A stretch of 39,358 nucleotides of DNA, taken from positions 1-39,358 of the forward strand of contig CAYZTE010000005.1 in NCBI GenBank assembly GCA_964481225.1, read 5' to 3'. The notes beneath the pieces were generated by a model that was not told where the DNA came from, ran no database searches, and saw only the letters and a list, made by a program, of their open reading frames with translations. Position 1 is the stretch's first letter; each line of letters begins with the position of its first letter. A program made the position numbers and the translations under genes. Source of the stretch: an uncultured archaeon (GTDB taxonomy: Archaea; Asgardarchaeota; Lokiarchaeia; Sigyniarchaeales; SOKP01). This document shows, piece by piece, positions 17,959 to 27,348 of this stretch.

Positions 17959-20070
17959 TTATGCATACTTGCTTTTAAAATCTCTTAATTTAGCGACGAC
18001 TTCATCTCTCAATGAACCAACGATTATTTTATCTCCAAGAGCTCTCATCTCTTTTGAAAAGGCTAATATTTGATGAAGAACTGGTCCTGGTGGTAGAACG
18101 TCCCTTTTTTGTTCTAGAATTTGCGCTAATTTCTCTCCCGTGATTGCTTGATCAACTTGTTTATACAAGCCAATGAATACATCATGTACCATTCCTACTT
18201 GTGAATCAGCGACATGAGCTTTTGGGGTTTCTGTTCCTGCTGGAGGTGTTCCTGATCCACTACTAGGTGCTTGACCCCCTCTTCCTAACACTAAAACACT
18301 TGGTTCGGATCTGGGGTAGTCACCTGAACCAGTGCAATTATAATTGATACTTACAGATGCTCCTCCCTTTATTTCAGCAAGCTTAATTTGTAACTCTGAT
18401 TCATCTCCTACTTGTACAACCTCATGGGTTGCTCCTTCTGGCGGGATAAATTCAGTTAAACTAAACCCAGCTGGAATCTTATCTTTAACAATGAGATTTT
18501 CTAATTCAACATCTCCTTTATTCTGAATTCTAACTGAAATGCTAAATTCTCCTTCTGCAAGTCCAGGTTTGATGCTCTTGAGTGTTTTGAGTTTCCTCTT
18601 TACATATTTCACTTTAACTTCTGGTTCTTGATCTGGAACTTTTACGAAGAACTTACCTTCTACTGGACTGTTAATTTCTATTTTCACGGGTGTCATGTAT
18701 TGCGTTTCTGTAGGTGGTCTAGGATTTCTTGCTAAAAGAGGATATGAAACTGTCATCTTTTTCTCTGGGAGAAATTCATTGGAAAGATTGAATAATTCAA
18801 CGTAAATTTGATGATCTTTAGAAAAATCTTGATCGCTTGGATCGATTAATATTCTCTGGACAAATTCCTCTCTTGAACTTATGTCTATATCTCCTAATGT
18901 GATTTTTATTTCTTTAACTAAAGGTGGAACAAAATCAGATGGAATCCCATCTGATACAAAGACTTTCTCGATTCTTGAAGAACCATCATTTACGATTGTA
19001 TTCACTATTGACATGTTCGTGTTTGCATAGGCATCTACTTCAAGAGGATTTATTGCTTTATCTATTGTAGCACTTAAAACAGGATAAATAGTTGATTCTT
19101 TTGTGATCTCACCAATAACTCTTGGAATTAAGGCGAATAAAGGTGTAAATCCAATTTCAGAACTTAATTCTGGAACATCTTTAGATTCAACCTGAAAATC
19201 AAAATCCCACGAATCGTCAGGATTTAAGACCTTATCTGGCGTTTGAGAAACAACGGTTTCAGTACCAGTTGTAATCGTGTGTGATACTTTAGCATCTTCA
19301 AGCCTTACTTGAAACTCGGATTCATTAATGAATTCGACATTGCAATCCCACATTCCTGGCTGTGTGCCTTCATCTCTATCAATCCCGCTCATTGAATCTG
19401 TAAGCCCTCGAACTTCGGGATTAATCATCGTCAATTTATGGTTGTTTACTAAATAGGTAACATTTAATACACCAAGCGCTTGTTCATCTCTCTCTTTTGG
19501 ATTTACTGTAAAGAATACTTCAAGTTCGGCTTTATTTTGCCCATCTAAGGAAGGGATTTCCCAGAACAAGATTCGTTTCCCGTTTTCTTCTTTCATACTA
19601 GATTCTCCAACTGTTGGATTTCTCAATTCGATTTCCTGAATAAATGCTGGTATGTCCCTAGTGGTTTTAATTTCTAGGATTGGCAAGCTTAAAGGATTTT
19701 CGAGAACAAGTTTTAACTTGCATTTATTGTCATTTTGAAATAAAAATGCATTATTTACCTTATCAGGATCCGATGTGCCTACATCAAAAATTTCTATTAC
19801 TTTCAAACTTGGTTCTTTTAGATCCTTTATTTCATACTCCTTAGCAAATTCTTGGGTAGGATTTAAAGCACCAACAGTTAATTCTCTCGAATCTATGGAA
19901 GTGTTTACGGTTTCTTTAAGATCGCATACTAAATTCCAGAGTCTACTCCTTTGAGATGGATTTTTAACAAGTAACTTTCCATTTCCCGTAATTTCTTTTA
20001 AATTAGATGAACCGTCTAAGAGGACGGTTTCTTTATCCGTTATATCTACAACAACAAGATTTTGAGACAT
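17959..20070 (-). CDS. Large cytoplasmic beta-sandwich repeat protein with a mu-homology (adaptin medium chain)-like N-terminus and a helical C-terminal domain
   Basis: Start moved to MSQNL (20070) because the upstream 37 codons look like AT-rich non-coding sequence. Repeated x(N)xGx..IxxxxVxDxIPxxF strands, no signal peptide and a G/S/P-rich linker before the helical tail. Confidence 0.6.
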   Translation of the reverse strand: MSQNLVVVDITDKETVLLDGSSNLKEITGNGKLLVKNPSQRSRLWNLVCDLKETVNTSIDSRELTVGALNPTQEFAKEYEIKDLKEPSLKVIEIFDVGTSDPDKVNNAFLFQNDNKCKLKLVLENPLSLPILEIKTTRDIPAFIQEIELRNPTVGESSMKEENGKRILFWEIPSLDGQNKAELEVFFTVNPKERDEQALGVLNVTYLVNNHKLTMINPEVRGLTDSMSGIDRDEGTQPGMWDCNVEFINESEFQVRLEDAKVSHTITTGTETVVSQTPDKVLNPDDSWDFDFQVESKDVPELSSEIGFTPLFALIPRVIGEITKESTIYPVLSATIDKAINPLEVDAYANTNMSIVNTIVNDGSSRIEKVFVSDGIPSDFVPPLVKEIKITLGDIDISSREEFVQRILIDPSDQDFSKDHQIYVELFNLSNEFLPEKKMTVSYPLLARNPRPPTETQYMTPVKIEINSPVEGKFFVKVPDQEPEVKVKYVKRKLKTLKSIKPGLAEGEFSISVRIQNKGDVELENLIVKDKIPAGFSLTEFIPPEGATHEVVQVGDESELQIKLAEIKGGASVSINYNCTGSGDYPRSEPSVLVLGRGGQAPSSGSGTPPAGTETPKAHVADSQVGMVHDVFIGLYKQVDQAITGEKLAQILEQKRDVLPPGPVLHQILAFSKEMRALGDKIIVGSLRDEVVAKLRDFKSKYA

Positions 20071-20278
20071 CGATAATCTTCTCTTATTTTTATTATTTAG
20101 AAAAAAAATTTGTATACAAAATTTGTAATAATAAAAAAATAAAGTATAGATTTTTATACCTTTAGGTTTCAATAAATACAAAACGATAATAAATTGTGAT
20201 TAATAATAGAAAGCCAATTCCATTTCTTATGAGTTAAAATAATTAAGTTAAAAAAATAAAACTAAATTCAATAGTAAA

Positions 20279-21244
20279 TTATTCTCTTAAGATTTCTTTA
20301 AGCAATTTTTTAATAAATCCCTCAAAATCATGCTTAATATATTTTACATTGATTAAATGACCTAAAAGCGGTGGTGTATGGTTTTCATCCTCAAATACAG
20401 GAATTATTTTCATTAATCCCTTTTTTCTTCTTTGGAACGCTGCTTGCCACTCATCATTTACAGCTTTAGAATTCATGGAGTTGTCAGTACAGAAAAGAAT
20501 GAATACGTTTGTTCTCTTTAAAGTTTCATCCATAAATTTTACGATATTTTCACCACTATCTGATTCCCAAAAAAACACCTTTTCGATTTCTTTATACTTT
20601 TCTAGTTCATTTACAATTTTTTCCATTTGGAAATATTCAGAATCCAATGTAGAATAGCTTAAAAAGATACTTATTTGCTCACTATGTTTTGGTTGAATTC
20701 TTTCAGTAATTGATGGCATTTCTGGTATTTGCTGGGATTCTTGAAATTCTCTTTTAATTTTATGGATTGGTGTTTTAATGATATATTCGAATGTGTCACG
20801 AGCAAATTCAGTATAAAGAATTTCACCCCAAATACTAATAATTGAAAATCCCGCTATTCCACCTATTAATCCACCAACAATAGGAGATTTTCTTAAAGCA
20901 AAGTGAGATAAACTCGCTACAATAGCAATACCTATTATTGTAAATAAAAAAATTTCTAAGAGATCTCTATAATTCAACATAAATTTCATTTTTGCCTTAA
21001 CACTAGTTTTTGGTTGTTTTTCAGTAAAAGAAATAAATAGTTTATACGTAAAAAGAATATCAAATCGACTTTTACGTCCCTTAAGCATGAATGATTGATT
21101 TGGCTTTGATTGGATTGTTTTTATTGAACCTGCTTTAGTTTCAAAATAAGCAGAGAGAGACTCTAACCATTGTTGAAAATATTTGTATACTAATGAACTA
21201 GGACCATCAACTTCTGAAACATCCTTCCTTAAAATTAAACTCAT
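20279..21244 (-). CDS. Membrane-anchored TIR-domain protein (2 TM + C-terminal TIR)
   Basis: IFLSYSTLD, SGENIVKFMDETL, FILFCTDNSMNSKAVNDEWQAA and IIPV. Two hydrophobic helices at about aa 95-145. Confidence 0.85.
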   Translation of the reverse strand: MSLILRKDVSEVDGPSSLVYKYFQQWLESLSAYFETKAGSIKTIQSKPNQSFMLKGRKSRFDILFTYKLFISFTEKQPKTSVKAKMKFMLNYRDLLEIFLFTIIGIAIVASLSHFALRKSPIVGGLIGGIAGFSIISIWGEILYTEFARDTFEYIIKTPIHKIKREFQESQQIPEMPSITERIQPKHSEQISIFLSYSTLDSEYFQMEKIVNELEKYKEIEKVFFWESDSGENIVKFMDETLKRTNVFILFCTDNSMNSKAVNDEWQAAFQRRKKGLMKIIPVFEDENHTPPLLGHLINVKYIKHDFEGFIKKLLKEILRE

Positions 21245-21531
21245 TTTTAGGATACCGATTTCTTAAAAAACATTATATTCACTATTAATTAAAATTTATA
21301 TGTACAAATTCTTAATAAAATTACTCTATTTATCCTAAATGATGAGATAATGGGAAGATATTTTTATTGACTAAAGGAATTTATGCTTGTGAATATCTTG
21401 AAGAAAACGCAAAAGATTGAAAATCTTGACTATATTATTATATTATTATTAAAAATAAAATTAAAAATAACTTTTAATTAGCAATTTTTCTTGCTTTAGA
21501 TAAACTATAATAACATGATGATAAAATTAGT

Positions 21532-22362
21532 GTGAATCGTAATAGATTTTGGGAAATTATTAAAAGATTTAATTCTTTAATGAATTCAGCAATAGAAGGG
21601 CCAAATTGCTTGAAAACATGCAAAGGAGATTGCTGTTCAATTAAGATTAATGTTCCTAAAATATTAGCTGAGGAATATGTTAAAAGAGGTTATGCTGATA
21701 AGGATGATTTCATTAGAAGTGATGTTTTTAGCTTTAAATTAAGGTTTGATGAAAAGAAAAGAAAGTGTTTTTTATTTGATAAAAATTTAAATGGCTGTTT
21801 GGTTCATAATTCAGGAATTAAACCCCCACAGTGTTGGATTTACCCTACCAAATTTACAAATTCAAAAAATAAGCCAATTAGATGTAAAAAGGCAAATGGG
21901 TGGAAAATAATTGATACTGAGAAAACGAAAGAAGCAGAGGAATTATTAAAATATTACACTTTCCTCTGTCAGCTTGAAGCTAAAAAAGAAATAAAAAATA
22001 TCTCTCAGCGAATAAACAATGGTCTATTAGAAAGCGACTTAAACCTTTTATTAAGGAAGAGTTCTCCAAGTCAAATTGCGGGTATTAAAGACACTTGGGA
22101 TAATTTTAAAATTTTACCAGCTGAAGGGATATCATTACAGATAAAAAGATTTTGCCAAATATATAATGAAAAATGTAGTTATGTAGACAATTTTTTAAAA
22201 TGCAAAAAACTGTGTGAAAAAGTAATAAATGGATTAGTAAAATTTTTACAACAAAATTTAAATGAATATGTAAAAAAGGAAGGTCCCGATACTGATGGAG
22301 AATACTCTTTTATTAAGTTATTTAAATTTATAGAAAGTAATAATAATCTTTGGGAGAAATGA
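21532..22362 (+). CDS. YkgJ-like cysteine-cluster (Zn/Fe-chelating) protein
   Basis: CLKTCKGDCC, CFLFD....GCLVH, KPPQCWIYP and further C-terminal cysteines. Confidence 0.75.
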   Translation: MNRNRFWEIIKRFNSLMNSAIEGPNCLKTCKGDCCSIKINVPKILAEEYVKRGYADKDDFIRSDVFSFKLRFDEKKRKCFLFDKNLNGCLVHNSGIKPPQCWIYPTKFTNSKNKPIRCKKANGWKIIDTEKTKEAEELLKYYTFLCQLEAKKEIKNISQRINNGLLESDLNLLLRKSSPSQIAGIKDTWDNFKILPAEGISLQIKRFCQIYNEKCSYVDNFLKCKKLCEKVINGLVKFLQQNLNEYVKKEGPDTDGEYSFIKLFKFIESNNNLWEK

Positions 22363-22510
22363 TTTTTTTTGTCGCACATTTCTAATTCCTTAATACTTAG
22401 TTTTAATGTCTAAATGTATGGATATTTTCTCCATAATACACGTTTTTAAAATAATATTTGGATCATATTCAAATAATACATTTATAATTAGGTTATATAA
22501 GAACTAGTGA

Positions 22511-22885
22511 ATGCTCATGTCCTTAGGAGATAAAACCTTAGGCGATTTGGCTAAAAATGTTTTTTCAGAAAAATATAAATTTGTTGATGGACCTGTCCAA
22601 TTTAAAGGTAAATCTGGAAAGTTTTGGACATTTGATGCTATTGTAAAGAGTAATCTTCATACATTCGGAATTTTTATAAGAGATTGGAAAAGAGAAATTT
22701 CGATAACCCAATTACGCCAACTGCATAAGGCTTGCATAGATACGAGTATTCAAGGAGGAATAATGATTTGCAACATCATAACAGATTTTTCTCGGGAATA
22801 TAGTTCTCAATTTGGACTTCAATTACTTTCAAGAGGGCACCTCATCTCAACACTAAGAAGAAGGAAATTTCAAAACGATTATTAA
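22511..22885 (+). CDS. Stand-alone Mrr-like restriction-endonuclease-fold protein, active site degenerate
   Basis: GKSG..WTFDAIV, IFIRDWKREI....LRQL, GGIMIC and A/S.EYS...GLQLL follow the Mrr_cat layout. Confidence 0.65.
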   Translation: MLMSLGDKTLGDLAKNVFSEKYKFVDGPVQFKGKSGKFWTFDAIVKSNLHTFGIFIRDWKREISITQLRQLHKACIDTSIQGGIMICNIITDFSREYSSQFGLQLLSRGHLISTLRRRKFQNDY

Positions 22886-23057
22886 GGATACGCTTAAGCA
22901 TTTCTTGAATTTTTGCCTTTAAACTAGATAATAAAGATATTAGTAAGCTAATTTTTTCTTTAATAGACACCTACTAAAAAAAATGTTAAAAATTTATAAA
23001 AGAGTAAGTTAAACTATTAAGTAAGATACATTAGAAAAAAATTCTAGTGAGAAAAAT

Positions 23058-23351
23058 TTGATATTTGTATATCAATTCAACGAAGAGATTGGAGATTTCG
23101 AAGAAGTTGAGATCCACGAGAATGTTGCTTTATTTGAGTTACTTGACTCTAATAAAATTTTACTTTTTGTTGATATGAATAATAGCAAGGTTTGGATTTG
23201 GGAGGGGAATAATACAAGTACTAGAATGAAATTCATATCAGCACAAGCTGCTCCTCATGTAAGAGATAAACACGATGTAACCTTTACGATTACATCTGTA
23301 GACGATAAAGAAGAAACCGCCGCCTTTAAAATACTGGTGGGGTTATTATAA
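23058..23351 (+). CDS. Single-domain gelsolin-like protein (Asgard actin regulator)
   Basis: LDSNKILLFVD....VWIWEG..TS.RMKF.SA..A...VDDKEETAAF is the gelsolin-repeat pattern. Confidence 0.8.
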   Translation: MIFVYQFNEEIGDFEEVEIHENVALFELLDSNKILLFVDMNNSKVWIWEGNNTSTRMKFISAQAAPHVRDKHDVTFTITSVDDKEETAAFKILVGLL

Positions 23352-23544
23352 ACTCGTCTTAAAAATTAGATAATACCATGGGAAAATTATATTTATAACA
23401 TCAAAACAATATTTTATTTTTTTACGTGAATTCTTTTTTAGATATAAACGATTTATTCACTTAAATACAAAATTAATTTATTTATTATTAGAGAATTTAG
23501 TAAATTTAAACAGATTAGAATTAGCATTTAACTAATTTAAAGTT

Positions 23545-25734
23545 ATGGCTCCTAAAGACGAAGAAATTGAAGAAGAATATGTTTTCGAATTTTATGAGGA
23601 GGATTATGCCGAATCGTTAGAGGAAGAAATTCCAAAGGTTATTGAAGAATATAATGAAATAGATTTTGAGCATGAATTAAACGAAGAACAACTCGAAATT
23701 GTAAATAATATTAATGGCCCGATGTTAATCATCGCGGGAGCAGGTTCGGGAAAAACAAGAACTATCGTGTATTCAGTTGCTAAACTTTTATTATCAGGAG
23801 TAAAACCAAATCAAATCATATTAGTTACATTTACAAATAAAGCTGCCTATGAAATGACAAAACGGGTTGAATTACTTCTTGGAAAGCGCCCAAAAGGAAT
23901 TTGGGCAGGGACGTTTCATTCAATCGCTAATCGATTTATTCGAAGATACGCAAAAACATTAGGATTAAAAACAAGTTATACTATAATGGATGAAACAGAC
24001 GCAAAAGCATTAATGAAACTTTCAATTGAAAAAGTCAATGTGAAAGAGATTGAAGAACGCTTCCCAACCGCTGGGATGGCAAAATCGATTTTGTCTTTCT
24101 CTATTAATTGCAATAAATCAATTCGAGATGTGATACTTTGGAAATATAATCAATTTGATAGTGAAGTGGTAATTAAGAAATTAGAAGAAGTTTTTAAGAT
24201 TTATAAAACCAAGAAGGCTCAAGATAATCTAGTTGATTTTGACGATTTATTAATATATTGGAATCAATTATTAGATGAGAGATCTGTTGCTCAATTAATT
24301 GCTAGGACCATAAAATATGTTCTTGTTGATGAATACCAAGATACAAACTATATCCAAGATGAGATCATACATAAAATTGTAAAGCAAAATCCAGAACACA
24401 ATGTAATGGCAGTTGGAGATGATGCTCAAAGTATATATGCATTTCGAGGAGCAAATTTCCTAAACATTCTAAATTTTGAAAAGAAATACAAGAACTGCAA
24501 GAAATATATGATAACTTATAATTATCGAAGCGTTCCTGAAATATTGGAACTAGCAAACGACTCAATTGAACATAATGAAAAACAGTTTAAAAAAATCATG
24601 CAAACTACTCGTCCAAATGGAGTCTTGCCATTCCAAGTAAATGTAGGAGATGATAAAGAACAAGCACGTTTTATAACAAACCAAATTTTGAAATTGCGTT
24701 TTGATGGTTATGAATTAAATGATATGGCGATTCTTGTTCGAGCTGGTTCTCATTCTCTGAGAATTGAACTTGAATTAAGAGCAAAAAATATACCATATGA
24801 GGTACGAGCAGGAGTAGCGTTTTTTGAAAAAGCTCATATTAAAGATTTGATAGCTCATTTACGAATAATTGAGAACCCGTATGATGAAATTTCATGGTCT
24901 CGCATTTTTTCTATCATACAAGGCATAGGGAGCTCATCCGGGTCAAAAATTTTTGAAGCTATTTCCCAAACTGAAAGCCCAATCGATGCATTAATTAATA
25001 AGATGTTCTATGCTGAGAAATTAAAAAGTGATCGAATATCTAAAGAAGGAATAAAAAATACAATATCCCATGTTAAAAATCTTGTAGGATTTACGTCAGA
25101 GGATATCCCGTCTGAAGTTATCAAAAATTTAATACTAATCTTAGAAGATTATGTTAAATCAAAATACGAGAATTGGCAAGATCGAATAGAGGATTTGAGT
25201 CAATTAAGCATTTATGCTCAAAATTTTCCAACCATTCGAAAATTTCTCGAAAATCTCAGTTTAAACATGTCTAATTTAGAATCTAAAACTGTTTTAGCCG
25301 GGAGCCAAGTAGAAGAAGAAAAACCTTTAGTTTTATCTACAATTCACCGAGCAAAAGGACTTGAATGGAGCATCGTATTCATATCCATGTTATGCGAAGA
25401 TTTTTTTCCTTCCTCAAGAGTGAGAGGGGATCCTGAAGGTTATGAGGAGGAGCGACGCGTATTTTATGTGGCGGCAACAAGAACTAAGGATCAATTGTAT
25501 CTCATATCACCTTCTATGGTTCAAGGATTTAGAGGATATCAGACTGTAAGAATCTCTCCATTTATATCTGAATTAAATCCTAAAGTCTATCAAAAATCAT
25601 CCGTACAATTCAGATCAAAGACAAAAGAAAGTAGAAAAGCTTATAATAAACAACAGAAATCTCTTTTTAAAACAGCAGATCAACTATTAAAAGAAGATAA
25701 CCCAATAAGAAAAAGGAGTAGAAGTAAGAAATAA
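23545..25734 (+). CDS. UvrD/PcrA/Rep superfamily 1 DNA helicase
   Basis: AGAGSGKT, TFTNKAA, GTFHS, VDEYQD, VGDDAQSIYAFRGA, NYRS, STIHRAKGLEW and EERRVFYVAATR. Confidence 0.95.
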   Translation: MAPKDEEIEEEYVFEFYEEDYAESLEEEIPKVIEEYNEIDFEHELNEEQLEIVNNINGPMLIIAGAGSGKTRTIVYSVAKLLLSGVKPNQIILVTFTNKAAYEMTKRVELLLGKRPKGIWAGTFHSIANRFIRRYAKTLGLKTSYTIMDETDAKALMKLSIEKVNVKEIEERFPTAGMAKSILSFSINCNKSIRDVILWKYNQFDSEVVIKKLEEVFKIYKTKKAQDNLVDFDDLLIYWNQLLDERSVAQLIARTIKYVLVDEYQDTNYIQDEIIHKIVKQNPEHNVMAVGDDAQSIYAFRGANFLNILNFEKKYKNCKKYMITYNYRSVPEILELANDSIEHNEKQFKKIMQTTRPNGVLPFQVNVGDDKEQARFITNQILKLRFDGYELNDMAILVRAGSHSLRIELELRAKNIPYEVRAGVAFFEKAHIKDLIAHLRIIENPYDEISWSRIFSIIQGIGSSSGSKIFEAISQTESPIDALINKMFYAEKLKSDRISKEGIKNTISHVKNLVGFTSEDIPSEVIKNLILILEDYVKSKYENWQDRIEDLSQLSIYAQNFPTIRKFLENLSLNMSNLESKTVLAGSQVEEEKPLVLSTIHRAKGLEWSIVFISMLCEDFFPSSRVRGDPEGYEEERRVFYVAATRTKDQLYLISPSMVQGFRGYQTVRISPFISELNPKVYQKSSVQFRSKTKESRKAYNKQQKSLFKTADQLLKEDNPIRKRSRSKK

Positions 25735-25892
25735 ATAAAGTTTACTTTTTCAGGGCTTTTTACTTATTTTCATGCGTATAGAAAGGAATGAGATAAATAG
25801 TAAAAACTTAAATATGATATATGAAGTAATAAAAATTACCAATATTTCAATATTAAATTTCTTTCAAAAAATAATTGAGGGTAGAAAAAAAA

Positions 25893-26198
25893 ATGATCTT
25901 TATGGTTACCCAATGGATTCCATATAATAAAACAGATGAATGGTTTAAAGCATTTCAAGGCGTTAGAGGCACCCTTCCATCTGTTATAAAGAAATGGCAA
26001 ACATTCACGGTTGTTGACGAAAATCGTGGTATAAAGGGTTATAATCTTATATTTGTAGAAAAAGGAAACGCTGATGAAGCAATGATTGAAATTTCAAAAT
26101 TAACTGCTCCATTTTGGAAGATTGAAGGATTTGCGATGAAGGTAGAACCTGTTTTTGGAATGAGAGATGCTATAAAAGTACTTGGCAAAACTCTTTAA
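25893..26198 (+). CDS. Hypothetical small protein (possible ferredoxin-like alpha/beta fold)
   Basis: ATG at 25893 after a GAGGG RBS-like site. Protein-like composition and a T-run downstream. Confidence 0.65.
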   Translation: MIFMVTQWIPYNKTDEWFKAFQGVRGTLPSVIKKWQTFTVVDENRGIKGYNLIFVEKGNADEAMIEISKLTAPFWKIEGFAMKVEPVFGMRDAIKVLGKTL

Positions 26199-26434
26199 AT
26201 TTAGAATAAAAAATTTTTTTTTCTATATATTTTAACTTACAATTTATTGAAATAACTCAAATTCTCTTTAATATATTCTAATAAATCGGAATAGTCTATC
26301 GTAGTTTAAATAATAAGATTTTAACTAATTCAAAGAAGATAAATAGATTTCTAATTCCAGATTAATAGAATATCTTATTTATTTGGAATCAATATGACTC
26401 AATATTATAAATATGAGATGTAAGTGAACGGAAT

Positions 26435-26995
26435 TTGAATGTGGCCGTCTTAGATGTGGAGACAACAGGATTAATCCCTTTATACGATTTAATCGTAGAA
26501 ATAGGAATTGTTGAGTTAAATTTATTAACCGGTGAAACTCAAGTTTTATTCGATTCTGTTGTCAGAGAACCTAAGTTTGGAGAGGAACATAAAAATTCAT
26601 GGATTTTTGAGAATTCAGATCTTACATTTGATGAAGTAAAAAACGCTCCTTCATTTGATGAAATAATTCCTGAATTACAGGAAATATTTAATGAATATTG
26701 TGTAACAGCATTTAATAAATCATTTGATTTAGGATTTTTAAAAGCTCGAGGTATAAATGTGCCATACGAACTCCCATGTATAATGTTAGCTGCAACAAAT
26801 ATTCTCAAAATACCATTTCTGAGAGGAAAAAAGGAATGGAAATGGCCAAACTGCCAAGAGGCTTGGAATTTCTTCTTTCCGAACAGCTATTATATCGAAA
26901 AACATCGTGCGTTAGATGATGCTCTCCACGAAGCAATGATCCTGTTTGAAATATATAGGCGTAGGCTTCTTCCTATATTTGAGGAATTGTATTAA
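26435..26995 (+). CDS. DEDDh 3'-5' exonuclease (DnaQ/epsilon-like)
   Basis: ExoI LDVETTG, ExoII AFNKSFD and ExoIII HRALDDA. Confidence 0.92.
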   Translation: MNVAVLDVETTGLIPLYDLIVEIGIVELNLLTGETQVLFDSVVREPKFGEEHKNSWIFENSDLTFDEVKNAPSFDEIIPELQEIFNEYCVTAFNKSFDLGFLKARGINVPYELPCIMLAATNILKIPFLRGKKEWKWPNCQEAWNFFFPNSYYIEKHRALDDALHEAMILFEIYRRRLLPIFEELY

Positions 26996-27009
26996 ATTTT
27001 ATTAATATA

Positions 27010-27210
27010 TTACAAGCCACATTTTTCTCTAATTTCCTTCTCCGAATATACATGATTACAATCCTTACAATAGTAATTCCGATCTGTATTTATTTTTAAT
27101 ATTTCACCACAATTTGGGCATTGGATATAAACTTTAAAATATCTAAAATTTAGATTTAAAGATTCAATTCGTTTTTTATTATCATTTCTTTTTTTCGATT
27201 TTATACCCAT
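27010..27210 (-). CDS. Small zinc-ribbon protein
   Basis: CPNCG...YYCKDC, basic N-terminus and an RBS-like purine run upstream. Confidence 0.6.
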   Translation of the reverse strand: MGIKSKKRNDNKKRIESLNLNFRYFKVYIQCPNCGEILKINTDRNYYCKDCNHVYSEKEIREKCGL

Positions 27211-27348
27211 TTCTTTTCAAACTATATATTATAAATTTGATTAAGAATACTTTCTAATAATTATAGAGTTCTATTTCTCTTTATATTTAAAAGAAAAAAT
27301 GATCTGCGAATAATAAGATTCTGTTTCAATGATAAATTTATATTAAAT

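Noticed and set aside
20071-20181. 37-codon N-terminal extension of the 740-aa ORF
   Set aside because: F/Y/K/N-rich translation of AT-rich promoter-like DNA. MSQNL is the more plausible start.
20279-22885. TIR + YkgJ-like + Mrr-like genes as a multi-gene defence island
   Set aside because: TIR is divergent from the others, the REase motif is degenerate and no mobility or other defence genes are nearby.
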